From positions 39,680,001 through 39,744,000 of the forward strand of contig CM060731.1 in assembly GCA_030704615.1 (NCBI GenBank): a DNA stretch of 64,000 bases, written 5' to 3'. The notes below the pieces were generated by a model that was given only the letters and a program-made list of their open reading frames with translations, was not told the DNA's origin and made no database searches. The position numbers and the translations under genes are program-made. This document shows positions 48,201 to 62,099 of the stretch, piece after piece. The DNA is from Takakia lepidozioides (lineage: Eukaryota > Plantae > Bryophyta). Numbering within the stretch: position 1 is the first letter of the stretch; every line of letters begins with the position of its first letter.

Positions 48201-51200
48201 GATGCTTACCACAACGGTTCCCAAAAGGCATATCACATAAGACGCGGTCCACGCAGCCGGTGCGTAGCGCCAGGCGCCCTGCATCCCATTGGACCACATC
48301 ACATGGCCCTGAAGCTCCACTTCCTGCAAACACATGGAATTGGTATGCGAGCAAAGAAACATGTCCACACATATTCCCTGTGCCGCATTGGGAGTATAAT
48401 TCTCCCGCAATACAATGTGCCAAACATTGGGAACTAACCCCACGTAGCTGTTCCTGCTCCAACGTTAACCTAAGCCTGGGGACAATGGATTGATGAGGTA
48501 TTCCACAAAAGCTCAGCCAAGCAGTTACAATATTGTCGATGCACGATTAACAAAAACCAAGCTTCTGAAACAGCTTCAAATTCCTGATTTCATGAATTGA
48601 CATGTCATTAGCAAGAGCTCAAGGTCCAACTCACCATTAGCGTTCCATTCAGTAGCATCCACTGCTTTTGATGAGGAATCCCCTGCCAGGGCCATTATCC
48701 TTCCTCCCAGCCAGTCAGCTGCCTCCAACGGTATGGTGCCACACCCACACCTGCCACAAGTCGTCATCATGCACATGAAAGTAATCATCCTCTTTCGAAC
48801 AAGATAACATGGGATATGCATAAATTGGAAGCTACACAATATGACAATAACATACTTAGAAAACCTCACATCATCAAGTTCTAGTCCATACGGACAGCAT
48901 TAAACCCCATACCCACACAGTATAAGCTGAAGGGAGGGGTAGTGATCATACATGGGATCAAGCACGATATGGCCGGCCTCAATTTGGCCTAGCTGCAGCA
49001 GAGCATATGCTGTGCTGCCAAGCAAGCAGATTTCAAACATGATGCAAAACCAGCATTACATCTAAGCAATCTCTTCTAACCTACCTCCCTGCCAGCCAAG
49101 TGGGACCCACTCTCTCAGCCAGAAGGTAGTGTGTGATGGGTGAACAAGCCTGTGGCATGGTTTATCTATTTGAAAACATGACCAACATTGCAACTACGCA
49201 TCTTCCCTTGAGTAGTTTGACCCTGCCAGTGGGACCTTAGGTCAAGTGATGAAATGGACAAATCCTTGAAACAACATTCAAAGAGTGACAAGATGAACTT
49301 CCTGCCAAGTCTGGGACACACTTCGCCAAGCTCAGACACTGATAGAAATGTATTCATTAGACTTTACTTGTCATAGGCTTCTAGGGGTAGAAGATCTGAC
49401 ACAAAGAAGGAAACAGGGGGAGTTTATATACAACCATACCTGGGCTTCAAGGAAGTGCTCACTAGTGCTTGTCGATAATGTCTCCTCGAGTACAGCTGCT
49501 TACCACCACCACCACCAAGAATCCCTAAAACATCAGAGCACTCCCAACATGAAGGTGCAAAGGCCTGGTAGGTCAAACAGACAGTCAAACACACCACTGA
49601 AAGTACAGTTGAGCCAGGGATTAAGGAGTCCATCTTCCAGATGGAAGGGAGTAGCCCCTTTCAGAGTAAGAGACACCATAATTTGCATGTGCTTTGGCAG
49701 GAGTCTACCCTTTTTTCTTTTTGAGCCAGGCAAAGTGGGAGTTTTACCTGAGCATGAGCACGGCTTGGTCTTGCTTGCTGTTCACCATGTTTTCCCTTAC
49801 AGACCACCTTCTCACAAACCTCAGCTTCCTCTTTGCCTGATGGAGCTCCCTGCCTATTGCGTTCTTGCAGGTCCTCAGTCTTGTTCTTATTTCCACTGCC
49901 ACAGTAAGGTAGTGTCATCACATCTTAACACATGAAAAAGAAAAAATTGTGCTCTCTACTTTCTCCCCAGAGGCTAGTGGGTATTGGGTGGTCGGAAAAG
50001 CAATATTAGATGGCAATACCCCAGTAGAAGAACTGGCGGCATGAAGGCCTCTCAAACCACATGTTGAGATGGAACTCAAAACAAGAAAGTAACAAACAGG
50101 AAGAATATCACCACAAAAACCCCATGCATTGCAGAAGAAAGTTACCTGTAGATGAGTGCCAAGACCAGAAGAAGCTCATTATCCCTAATCCAAGCAAGGA
50201 CTTCCACTGCACTTAACCACTGGAATTCAAACTTCAATCCAGGCCAAGCAAACACATGCTACGATCATAAGGATTTCTCTACATGGAAACTGCCAACTTC
50301 CGCCAAATGTGTATGGTAGTTGTGGACTGAATGAGATCCACTATGTATACTCTTCTTCTGACTTTTGACATTGGATCTGATGTCCTTTGCCCCGAGAACA
50401 AATCACACCATAGAAAGGAAAATCAAGAGAGACAATATAACCAAATGCCCAGCTTGCAGAAGAACATTGCTCTCTCCCTCAGAGCCAAAAACAGAGAAAT
50501 TAAACAAATGAAGAAATAAAACTAAAGATCCTAGCAGTAGGATACCCACTCATCACATGATATGGCCAGACTCAAGCATTCTAACAACTCAGTTCCTTCT
50601 CCTGGAAGAAATAAGCATTGGGCTTATCACTAACCATCATACTGCCTCATGTTTGCAGGCCATCCCATTAGCTCATGGATCCCTTCTCCCAATGCAGCTG
50701 CACACAAGAAATGTCTGAATGAAATAATGAACAAACTCCAGCATCCACAAACCCAAAGTTGTCAATTCTAGTTCAAAAGGAACTCAAATCTGATCAGAGG
50801 GACTCTCCAATTTACCTGCAGCATCCACAGAGGTGAACACATGCTTCTTCATCTTCATGCAAATTCGATCGCTTGTGACACGGAATGATAATTGTTGGGC
50901 AGGCCATGACTCTTCTCCATGAAGAACCCCATTGACTTTTGAAAGAGACGCCCCTGTGACAGGCTCACCTTCAATCACTCCCTGCCACCGTGTATACAGA
51001 TCCATTGCCATCCTCCAGTCGACCTGCTAGTCATTGATTTCAGCAAGAACCTCCATGCTTAGCTTTGCATGGAAGGCTGGCATGAGAGGACTTACATAGG
51101 ACTTCACCATCTTACAGTCCTCAAGTTATTGGCAAAGTAAGAGGTCTGCGACCCAGACGTTTGGACTAGGTAATTTCCAGAGAAATACTCTGCCTTCAAC

Positions 51201-52894
51201 TCCATACGACATGACTACAAAATGAAATACATTCCAAGACTCTTGCATTTACCGCAAAGTAACAACTAGCAAATCAACGTAGGGTAACACGAGGGACCAT
51301 TAGACCCAACTAATTTGCATTTAGAGACTCCAAGCACTGAAATATCCAGCTCCAACCTTCTGTTCATTTGACGATGCTCATGCATCATCTAGGCAACAGG
51401 CACAGAGGACTTCATAGAAAGAAATCTGTACCTGTGCTGCCAAGGATTTTATATAGTTTATTGCTGCATCCTTCTCTGCTGGTAAATCCTGTGTTAACCA
51501 ACATCATCTCCTTTGTCAGTATCCTCGCCAGGATTAAGAGAACCTGACAGATTCCATATATTTAAGATCCTTTGACCAACAGGCATCTCACTGCCCATTC
51601 AACCGAGGCATGATCTACACGACCATAATGAATTCCGAACAAATAGGTCTAAGGGTCAGTGACAAAGCAAAGCAGATGATCAGAAATAAGTACTGAGTAC
51701 AGACTGGTTCATGAATGAAGATCCCTAAATGTCTGCCATGCCTGTTAGTTGGACCTGAACTGCAGAAAGGTGTGAAACTATAACAGCCTCAGGCCACCCC
51801 AAGGGTTCAAGGACCGACACATGAGAGGAAGAGAGAGATAAAATGGATCATCACAGAGAGGAGCACCTTGAAATGCCCGAGAAACGCATACAGATTGTCC
51901 ACAGATCGCAGTTGTGCCAGTCTCTGCAACCCACAAATCCAAAAAATGTATGTTATTAGTTCTGTGCAACATATTTGCCATCTATAAGGGTCAAAAAATT
52001 AAAAGATGAACAGCCTGACGTCAAGCTGGACTTTTGAGTCCATATGTTGGCCGGTAGTTGCCTCTCCTTCATCCTTGTCTTTTTCTTGACATACATCAGA
52101 TTCAGCACTCAACTCATCCTCGCTGTTCAATCACGGCAATTTGAGGCATTGCAAAGTTCTTACTTGTGATACACTGCTAAATAAATGAAGAGTTACTTCA
52201 GTGGAAGGACCCAAATTGTGGCACTGCAGAATCATACGTACCCTTGAGGACTTAGTCCCTGTGGAATACTAGTATCCGAGAACCCATTGTCCTCATCCAC
52301 AGATGACAATAATCTGGGTGTTCATTTACGGGTTGGCATTAACATCTTGCTCAAACCATAAATTGAAAGCATTGCTACTGCATGCGTCTACCTCTGCAGA
52401 CGGAATGTGGTCGCACATAGAGAAGTGAAGTTACTGAGAAGAGAAAACTTATGAAAAATGAACCTGAGGTATAGACGTAGTTCGAAATAGCACACCTCCA
52501 TAGCTCATCCTATCTGAAATGATCTCTGTTCCTTCCAGTTTCTCCAGCTGCACCCATCGGCACAAACTCCATTCCCTTTAAAAATATCATCAAATCATGG
52601 CGCCCCGGTTCGTCTCTACTACCCTCCCATTTCCCTCTCCACCCTCCATACAGCAAGCAGTCTCATGAATACCTCTCATCGCCCACAGAATTGTGCCCCA
52701 TTTCTCCCCTCGACGACCAAAATTCTCTTTCTCGTCGTCCCTGGTGCCCCACAGCGGAAACCTGTAGCACCAGACAAAAGGAAATGGCGCGAAAAATCAA
52801 AGAAAATGTCCTTCGCAGTCTGGTTTGTTGTGGTTACCTCGCTAAGAAGAGCGAATTGCAATCCAGCAGCACAGGAGGCCCAGTACAGCGCCAT
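45279..52894 (-). CDS. THUMP-domain SAM-dependent RNA (m2G) methyltransferase, THUMPD2/THUMPD3-like, multi-exon
   Basis: MALYWASCAAGLQ; SFRVTSDR...HVFTSVDAAG (THUMP); TAYALLQLGQIEAGHIVLDPM/CGCGTIPLEAA; WDAGRLALRTGCVDRVLCDMPFGNRCG; VVRVLRPRTG; GIRVEVFVVRR. The last exon ends ...EALQV* at 45279. Confidence 0.85.
46670..47720 (-). mobile_element. Intronic cluster of LINE 3'-end remnants, including an RTEX-like GAAAT tail at about 47590
   Basis: 'tgtggccatagaccccg.gcccag' is repeated about 4 times. A LINE C-terminal-like peptide reads ALLGSNCW...FLEEIWKAR. 47590-47670 is near-identical to 20491-20580. Confidence 0.6.
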
Positions 52895-53339
52895 TGAAAT
52901 CTTGCACTCCCCCTCCGCGCACTCTCACTTCCCTCGCACACTCCCGAAACCTTCACTCATCCACTCCACCTACATAAACCCTTGGTTCCAAGTTCCAACT
53001 GACATTGATCGAGTCCTGAGGCTTTGCCGAAGGCGTTGTCATTGTGGCTGCCGACAGATTGTCTTGTGAGGCTCTGCAAGAAATACTGTATCATCTACAC
53101 AAAGCGAAAGCTTTGAAAATTGTTGTCGCCCATTTTAACAGCCAAATACTGGAGGTTTTTCTCTTGCAAGGGAGGGGTATGTCTCTCTTGTTGCTTCTCT
53201 CAAGGTTCTCTCCCTCGCCCCTCCATCATATGTGGCTTTGTTGGACGTATTGCTCTCTCCAGAACTCAAACAGTGATTCTTCTTGTTGCTGGCAGCAAGG
53301 CTGAGACAATTAGATACGCTGGCTCGTGATCACGATATA

Positions 53340-56300
53340 TACCAGCGTGGTATCTTTTCTTGTTATTTCCTCGGTGGTGTTTGGTTTTGGTTTTGCCCCC
53401 TCGTGGCGGTCAGTTTGGGCACATAGTGACACGCATCCGTCTTCGCCGTTTTTTATCTGGAGATTGGGAGAGTCTACAATATGAGCATCAATTACGGGCA
53501 CTAGCCCTTGCGGCACGCGCCCTTCCCGCTTCCTCCACGCAGCCACCCTCATCGGCCCAGAGGCGACTTCGTCATAGTCTCATGTTAGGCCGCGTTGGCG
53601 AGTACTCACGCGCGGCCAAGGCTTTAGCACCTTCCTCACCATCGCCTCCATCACCGGATACTGTCACTGCCCTCGAAGCTCTTCACCCATCAGCTCAGGA
53701 TATTCTGCCGTTTTTTGTTGAGGACTTCGAGCCAAACCAGGATCTCAAGTTAGATCGGGAGGTCTTTACTGAGGCCTTCACGCGGAGTCCCTATCTTGCA
53801 GCGACAGGTCTTTCCGGTCTCCTGTATGAGCACTTACGCGACTGTTTCTCTCCACGGGACTCTGCTAGTGGCTTCTCTCAGCTATTTCAGATTTGCTCTT
53901 TTATTGCTACTGGCCGTATCTCTGCCCCAGTGACCCGTCTCCTTGGGGCCTCCAGATTGTTGGCTATGAGCAAACCCTCAGGTACTGGCATCCGCCCTAT
54001 CGCAGTTGGAGAGGTTCTTTACCGCCTTGTCAGCCGCTCACTTTGTCTTCAGTTTCGAAATGCCTTCCCCGGACACCTCTTTCCGCACCAGTTCGGGGTT
54101 ACCACTCCAAACGGTTGCGAGGCGGTGGTTCAGGGGATTCGTGCAGCTTTTGATCTTCATCTTGGGTGGTTCTCCAGGTCGACGTCACCAACGCTTTCAA
54201 CACTGTGTTACGAGCGGCTATCTTTCAGGAGCTCCGTTCAGCCGGAGGAGATTTCCACCAGCTCATTCCGTTTGTTCGATTATTCTATGCATCCACCACT
54301 CCCCTATACTACAGTCATCATTCTCGCCTAGGTGAGTGCTCCATCATTCAGTCCAAGGTTGGGACCCGCCAAAGCGACCCTTTAGGAGGACCTTTGTTTG
54401 CCATGGCTCATGTCCGCGCCCTCACGGCTTCTGCACAAGTTCACTCATCTTGTTTTTTTCCGTCGGTGGCAGACGACACGCACATTGTAGACCATGCCTC
54501 ACAGGTACTTTCAGCTTACTATCATTTTGTCACCCAACTATCTGCCGTGGGCCTTTCAGTGCAACCTCGCAAATGTGCGGTGTGATCTCCGTCCGGTCTC
54601 CCTATAGATTTTGTCTTCCCTGCTCACTTCATTGCTCCGCCCAATGGCATCAGAATCCTGGGAGTCCATTTTGGCACAACCCAGTTCACAACGTCCTTCT
54701 TGGAATATGCACTCCACCAGGATGTCACCCACGCCGATCTCCTTCCTAGGTTCGGAGATGTACAGGTAGCATATGGAATCTTGACCAAATGTTTTCGTCA
54801 GCGTCCCTCATATCTCTTGCGCACTGTTCCACCCAACCCAGATTTCATACACCTCTTATCTGGGTTTGATACTATCATGGTGACTATCTTTAGGAGATTG
54901 TTAGGACCAGGAGCTTTGGAGGGTGCTCAGGGACTTTTGCCACGACAGCAAGCCACCTTGCCCGTCTCTTCCGGTGGTGTGGGTCTTTTGTCCACTGTCA
55001 CTACCGCCCCGTCAGCTTTCCTCGGCAGTTGGGCATTGGTGGCGCCAGCACTCGCTTCACGATTTCTCTATGACCATCGTCCCATCCTTATGGACGTCGT
55101 TGCACATGTCGACAGTGGCATTTTACCCTTCCAGCAGCATCTCCGCTCTGCACGATATCTTCTTCCGGCACCGGCGCGAGCATGTCTACCACCATTTGAG
55201 CAGTTGGTTGCTCAAGGCCTCGACCATCTTAGGAGTCCATTTCCGAGCGCGTGCACCGTCAGTCATTTTCCGGCATGCTCTCAAGTGCTTTTTCTGAGTT
55301 GCATCGAACCCGACTTCTATCATGCGCAGGACCTGGAGCAGGGGCATGGTTGACAGCACGACCCACTATCTCGCCTCTCATCCCTTATTTTCACTACTGC
55401 GCTCCGCCTACGACTCGGTTTGCCTCATCCTTCGGCATTGGGCCTTCAGCGCTGCGTCTGTCTTCAGCCCATCGATGACCTTGTCATCCATCTCCTCCGC
55501 TGTCCATGTGGTGGTAAGCGCACTGCGTCTCATGATATGGTTTGCAATGCGGTGGCATCTATTGCTCGGGAGGCAAGGTATCATGTACTGCGTGAACAAC
55601 CACATTACGACCCACGCTCACGTCCCACTCTACACGCCGCCGTATTGACATCGTCCTATCTAGATATGGTTTGCGTACCTTAGCAAATGTCGTTCTCGCC
55701 GACCCCACTCGAGCGGATCTGCTATCTCGCGCAGCTACCACACCAGGCACGGCAGCCACTGTAGCAGCCGAGGCCAAAGAGCGCAACTACATCGATCGTC
55801 ACCCCACCGACACATTTCTTCCACTGGCGGTCGAAATATTTGGCTCATTGCACCGGCACTTCGACGATTTCCTGCGGACATGTGCACATCATGCAGCCAA
55901 GAGCGGGTCCACTGGCATCCCACATGCCTCCGTCCTTGTCACCTACTATCGACAACGTGTTTCAGTTGCTTTACAGAGAGCACAAGCCATCTCTATTTTC
56001 CATCGGGCTGATGTGGCTAGCTCCGCGTCATTTCATCTTCCGCCTCTGCCTGACACTTTGCCTATCTCCTTGCCTGATCTCCTCCAGGCTGTTGGCTGGG
56101 AGGGTCGCTCTGCTTGAGTAGTTTACTATAGCTTCTGTTTTTGTCGCTGATTGAGTAGCTTACTATAGCTTTTGTTTTTTTTCTCTAGCTGAGTAGCTTA
56201 CTATAGCTTTTTGTTTTCTTCTCTGTTTTCTTGTTCTCCCCCCGTTTAATTTTTTGTTCTTGTTTCTTGTTCCCCCCCCCTTTTTGGGAACTTCACATCA

Positions 56301-56340
56301 TATGCACGTTCACCCATTGTACATGTTGTAAATAAAGTCT
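53340..56340 (+). mobile_element. Non-LTR retrotransposon with RT, CCHC-type finger and restriction-like endonuclease (CRE-like clade), frameshifted
   Basis: GIRPIAVGEVLYRL, QFGV, QVDVTNAFN, GTRQSDPLGGPLF, VADD, LPVSSGGVGL, AGAWL, HLLRCPCGGKRTASHD, RRIDIV, AEAKERNY, FLPLAVEIFG. The 3' UTR has three TGAGTAG.TTACTATAGCTT repeats and a T-rich tract. Confidence 0.88.
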
Positions 56341-58344
56341 TACAGGGTTTCATCAATCAAATGACCTATTGTCTAGTTTCTGACTGTAGACATACAAAAT
56401 ACAAGACTTCTTCGAATTTTTCTTTCCCTTTTCATTACCTAGAGCTCAAAGAGATTTTTTGAAACGTTGCAACCTTCATTTTGCTCTGCTGAATCCCTTT
56501 TGGGAGCGAAAAGGGCGGGGGGGACCAAAAATAGGACCTAGTCTCATGGATGAGGCTGTATCTGCCAGTAAAGATTCATCCACAAAAATGAACCTTAGCA
56601 ACATTTAGCTACCTACTCATAAAATTGTGGTAAAATTGACTAGCATATTTGTACCTACATGACGAGCTAGCGTAAATAAGAGCCTCTTCACTTGCAAGTA
56701 TTTGGCCCTTTCGGGGGTGCCTATCAACACCGGAGGAACCGGTCACATACATATATATATATATATATGTATATGAGGCCTCTTGAAGGAAGCGTAGACT
56801 ATGGTGTTTCTTGACCCCAAATAACAGTCACACAGTGGCTAGAGTATTCTAGATACATATGAGCTAGCATACAAATTTCTTATGGTATCTGTTCCATATT
56901 TTTGCTTATTAGTGGAGGCCCTAGCTGTAAATTAGTATAGGAATAGGGTCTCTCTTGAGACCCTTCCGGATTTTCGGTACCCATTCGGCCTACCTTCGTA
57001 AAGAACCGTGATAGTTTTCTTTCCGGATTTACCGGTACTTTCTCTTGTCACCTCTTTATCTGGCTTTCTTTTAGGTTTCTTATTTTTTCTTTGATTTAGG
57101 TTTCCAATTGGCTCCGGTGCTTTCGCTGCTTGAGCGCCGCGATCTGTGGTTGCTTCAATCGTGGATTGCATTGCACGTATTTCTCATCTTGTGTCTTCTG
57201 TTGAGGAGCCAGCTTCTTCGAAGCTTTGCAGTGATGTTGCTTTTGGTCAGAAAATTGATTCACTGAGCTTTGATTTGTTGCGCGGAATGATTCACTCGCA
57301 ACTTCATTCTCAATCAGTTGCTGACGATCCAGTCTCTGTTAAGCGAGAGATATGATATGATATGATATTGATGGAGGCGCTTTCGAGGATATGATTTTGA
57401 AAATCTATAGCAGATTTATCATAGAATGAGAACACTATGAAAGATCTTGTGGACATGCTTGCCCTCTTCATCCTTTAGGATGGCAGTTTATACCAGTGTT
57501 GGTCTGGTATGTGGGTTTCATTGGGTATCAACTCGGGCATCAACCCGGGTATCTCACAACCTAACCTATTGTTTCTTGTTCCCGAAAACTTTCGCAGTAC
57601 CTTACCAAAAGGTTCTTGAATTCCTTGGCAGCCCCCCAAAACCTAACAGGCGGTGGTTAGGGTTCTCATTTCCCCGCCTTCTACCAGAGCTCGATTCCTC
57701 ACTGCAAATCTGACAGGGTATCGACATTATGGATGCAAGGTTTCAAGGGTTTATGAGCACCTCTTTTTTTGGCTTGCTTAATGGAGGCTTGCTTAGAGCA
57801 TCTCCACCAGGGGTACACTAAACAACACTGCAACGGTAACCTCCTGAGGCCTCCAACACTCCCCTCCCCCAGCGGCAACCCCTGCACATGTCTTTTTGAC
57901 TGACGTGCCTTGCTCCGGAGGGACCACATGGACAGCCGCCGCCTTACCCTCACGCCATAAATGTAGGCAGTTGTGTTTTTTAGTCGCTCCAATAGGTACC
58001 AGTCGGCCCTAGAAGGCCTGTATCTTGCACGAAAGTACGGGCCCCGGGGGTACGGATACTAGGGCCAAGGGCTCCTTTGCCGTTGCCGGGGCATTTAGGG
58101 ACCCTCGGTGGAGATGCTCTTACATAAATTGTTCTAACTATTTTTGAGTTGTATTGCAGCATCCAGGCTTTGATAAGAGGCATTGGAAGGTTAATCAGGC
58201 AGAGACAGGGCCAACGTGTTATTGAGACCGGGAAAGCACCTTCAGTGCCATTTAACATTTTCACTGACGTGAGATATCGTTGAGGTAAAATAGCAAGTGA
58301 TGAAGCAGAATTGCGAGCATTAAATGGTGGTCTTGGGAAAACTA

Positions 58345-58510
58345 TCAAGAAATCTCATGTTCTGACAATTGAAGAGGAGAGGAAAATGTTGGCACAAGAA
58401 ATCTGTCAGCCGACATCGGCAACTGGCCCAAATCTCAGATTCGGCTACTTCTGAATGCGGAATGTTTCTATCCGGGGAGGGCAAGAGCTTAGGAATGTTG
58501 ATTCTTATCG
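58345..58510 (+). mobile_element. Crypton/DUF3504-like tyrosine recombinase fragment
   Basis: KKSHVLTIEEERKMLAQEICQPTSATGPNLRFGYF*MRNVSIRGGQELRN resembles the L..EEE...P.GL....F.....F..RGG.E.R signature. Confidence 0.5.
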
Positions 58511-58514
58511 ACGA

Positions 58515-60450
58515 TCAAAAGCAACTTGTTTCGACCAATTGGTGAAGTAGTAAACCACATATCATCAAAAAATTTCCACTGTGGTTTAGCACGTAGAAAC
58601 TGTAAGGGGTATGGCCCTGGCTTGTTAAGAGGCCAGACAACAAGGCGATGTCTAACCAGCTCTTTGTAGGTGTTGATAACATCATCAGTAGGGCAATCAA
58701 CAGCAAGTCGGTGCCTGTCATCAGAACACCTAGTAATGTCTATACGTCAATTTTTAGAAACGCCTTGGCAAAACCTGAGCACCAACCCAGTAGGAAATTG
58801 TACAAGTTGACTGAATTGAATGAAAGTTGTAGCGTGTGAAGTTACGTGCGTGCCTATCTTTATGGCACCCTTAAAGGTGTAGTGAGGTGAAGAAGTGGAC
58901 CTGGTGGAGAAAATGTGTCAATTGGGAGAGAGTGGTGGTCCTGCCTTCAATGTGGGGTGTCATGGCAGTTTTTTGAGTCCTGCAAATGTAATTCCCATCG
59001 CGGAATGCAGTCAATGGCAACCCAACACGGGTGCTTTGATTAATTTTGTTTGTTCATGTTCTATTTCCTATAAGCCAGCACAATGAGGTTGACTTGGATT
59101 TGCACAATTTCTCTTAGGATGATGATGGATATATTAGGGACTCAGCTGACGAGGCCGATTGGGACACTAACCTGCTTGACATGACATATAGGTTTGCCTG
59201 TCAAGCAAGTTGACATGTATGTTCAAGCGTAAGACATAGGAAACGAAATTTGACACTGATTTTATTAGTGATAGAGATGCTTTCGTTGGGTCTGAACCTG
59301 GTCTTGCATCCCGGACATGAAGGGCTCTGCTCCAATTTGGTTCTTTCATCTGTTTTGGAGGCAAAGTGTACTACAATTGATATGTAGGGAGTTCAAGCGG
59401 TATGCCTCTATAGAATATAGTAGGGTGATTGGACGATAATGGACACTTGCACTCAATCACCCTTCTTAAAAATGAGCGTAACAAGTCCTTGCGAGAGATG
59501 CGAGGGCATGATGCGTTTCAAAAAAATGTCATTGGTAAGTGCATTGAAATCATCCCCAATGATCAGCCACAATGTTTTTAGCAGCTCCATTGGGAGGCCG
59601 TCAAGCCCGGAGCCTTCCTTACGCTGATATTTGATTGCATCACCCTACGTCTTCATTTTGGAAAGGGACATCCAATTTGTATTTATCGCGTTCATGGATT
59701 GAGCGGAGGATTGCGCTGAGGATTTCATCCCTAGCTAAGCTAGTTTCAGGAGAGGGAGGCCGAAAGGAGAAGATGATAGAGTAGTAATTAGTATCAATCT
59801 TGGCCATTTCCTTTGCCGAGGAGTGTGAGGAGCCATGTGATCCAATGAGGGACTCGATCGAGACAACCATTCGTCTCTCTTTTGCTTTCAAAAAAAAAAT
59901 GCTCATCTTTTCACAATTTAGAAACAAATTGACTCCTGCTTTCCGAGAAAGGGCCTATTATTTGGACTTTTGCAATGCAGCTAAATTCGATCTAGCAAGA
60001 TAATAAGAGGCAAGGGTGGAGGGCCGTTCATTACCATTCTCAAGTTTTGCTAGCAAACACGAAAGCACTTCATCAAATTTTTTGCTTTCTGCACTCTATC
60101 CCAAGCAAACTATATCCAGCAGTAGTTTATCCAAACAAGACAACACTTGACTAGGCTTAATATGGACATCATCCATCTTCGCATGATATTTAAATGCATG
60201 GTTGCATTGCTTGCTTCAACCCATTGTATGGAAAGAGAGGGGTCCTGGAAAGAGACTCAATAACCCTTGGAGTTTTGAGAAAAGCAGGTTTGAGTTTCAC
60301 GTACATGTTCCTTATTTTGGTTTCAAGATGACTTTTTGGAGTTTATTGATATTGGTGCAGTACCCCTTAAAACACAACAGTGGCATATATCCGCCAATCA
60401 CAAAACCCCAACGTCCGTGGTTAGAAACATAAAACCCCTATGATTACAAT
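58515..60450 (-). mobile_element. Degraded L1/Tx1-like LINE ORF2 remnant
   Basis: FFLKAKERR...IESL...NYYSIIFS...LDVPF, followed by GLDGLPMELLKTLW.IIGDDF. Many stops. Confidence 0.65.
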
Positions 60451-61279
60451 TTGGGTACTCACCTAGTGCTCACATACCTTAGAATATTCAGAAGAAACTC
60501 CGCAATTGGGGCATTTTTCTTTTTCTTTTTATGCATGGTTTCTTTATCTTTACAAGATTTTTTTTTTTATAAAACATCACATGACACTAGCCTTGAACTA
60601 AAATTCAACGACTGTGAGTACCGCTTTATTGAAAGAATTTGATCACCATCAATGTCATTGAGAAACTCAATTGAATCAATGTTTCTAAGAACTACCCGCA
60701 CCATAGAGACTGCCTCTTTGGCACCATAGGCACCGCTACACAACACACTTGGTCTGGCAGAGGCCTTGCTCACCCCCCTCCCGGATCTCCGACACATGAA
60801 GCCCTTCAATGGGCGCGTTTAGCTGCCCACGCTTCTCCACATGTCCTCACAATACTTATCCTTACCCAACAAAAATCGCCTGACGACTCTCACCCCCTTC
60901 TACACCTCCCCATCGGAGCTCATCTATTAGCCACTATTGAACCAAATCAACTTAAATACACACACACCCCCCCCCTCTCCCCAAATACCTCCAGCAGAAG
61001 GAACCATCTCTAACCCTTATCCTACTCGTACAACGTACCCTCCCGACAAACATCCCCCCTACCCTCCTTCAGTGTCTCCATAAACTACTCACACAAACTC
61101 ACAAAATGAAAGCTAGCATCGTCCCCCCTTACAAGACTCACCAATCCACTTCCAATCACGAACATATTCCCCTCCCTCCCCTCAAAGTCAAACCTAACAA
61201 GACATGGCTAAAAGCGCTACCACGCCCACCACATACCGCCCATACCGCGACCCCACCTACCATCCCTCAAATATACCAA

Positions 61280-61590
61280 CAAAACATACCTCTTAGATTT
61301 CCCCTCACCCACTCTCACTACACAGATGGATCCCTCATAAACTCCAATGCCGGATATGGTATATGTCATGCGGCCACCCAGAAGGGGGTCGCCCTCCGCC
61401 TACCCGGTCCTGCCACAATTCTATGCGCTGAACTTATGGCAATATATGAGGCCCTCTCTAGGCTCGACACCTTCCTTCCCCCCTATTATATTTTCACCAA
61501 CATCCTCACCTCACTCTTCCTTATCAAAAACCACATAGCCCGCCCTTCTTCCCACCCCCACCACCCGGACCGCAATCTCATCACTGCGGG
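61280..61590 (+). mobile_element. Retrotransposon-type RNase H fragment
   Basis: HYTDGSLINSNAGYGI...LRLPGPATILCAELMAIYEAL...YIFTN.LTSL. Confidence 0.75.
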
Positions 61591-62099
61591 GATTGCTAAA
61601 CCGTGAGCAGAATCCGTGAGTAGAAAATTCCGTGAGCAGAATTCTGCTCACGCTTTTGGATGTGCTCACCTATAACCACGGACACCTATTCGGCTTAGAG
61701 GACCTATTACTGCAGGTAGTGTCCAATATAACATGCATACCAATTCATCGTTATAGATGAATGACGGATGAATGATGGATGAATGGGCGATGAATGTATG
61801 TTGGACGAATGGCACATGGATGAATATAGTTTGTGATTGAATGCAGAATTAAAAAGCATTTTTGAGTAGTGGTTGTCAAATACCCCGAGCTCTAGAGTGA
61901 ACCTCTGTCAACTGCAGAGGGTTGTGGTTGTCCTTTCACCAGGTATCCTAAGTCGAGAGAGATGCTGCAAAGAAGGTGGAGAGGCCATTTGGTGCTTTAA
62001 TATAAATCGTTTGAAAACAGCCGATTCATTCCGACGAAGAATATCCACTGCTACTGGAGTCGGAGTTTAAAACAAAGGAGAGGATTTTGTGTAGAGTTT

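Noticed and set aside
27846-52894. Functional cluster of RNA-modification genes (TAD3 and the THUMP methyltransferase, plus a DYW relic)
   Set aside because: The genes are separated by unrelated genes with no evidence of co-regulation. Chance proximity is sufficient.
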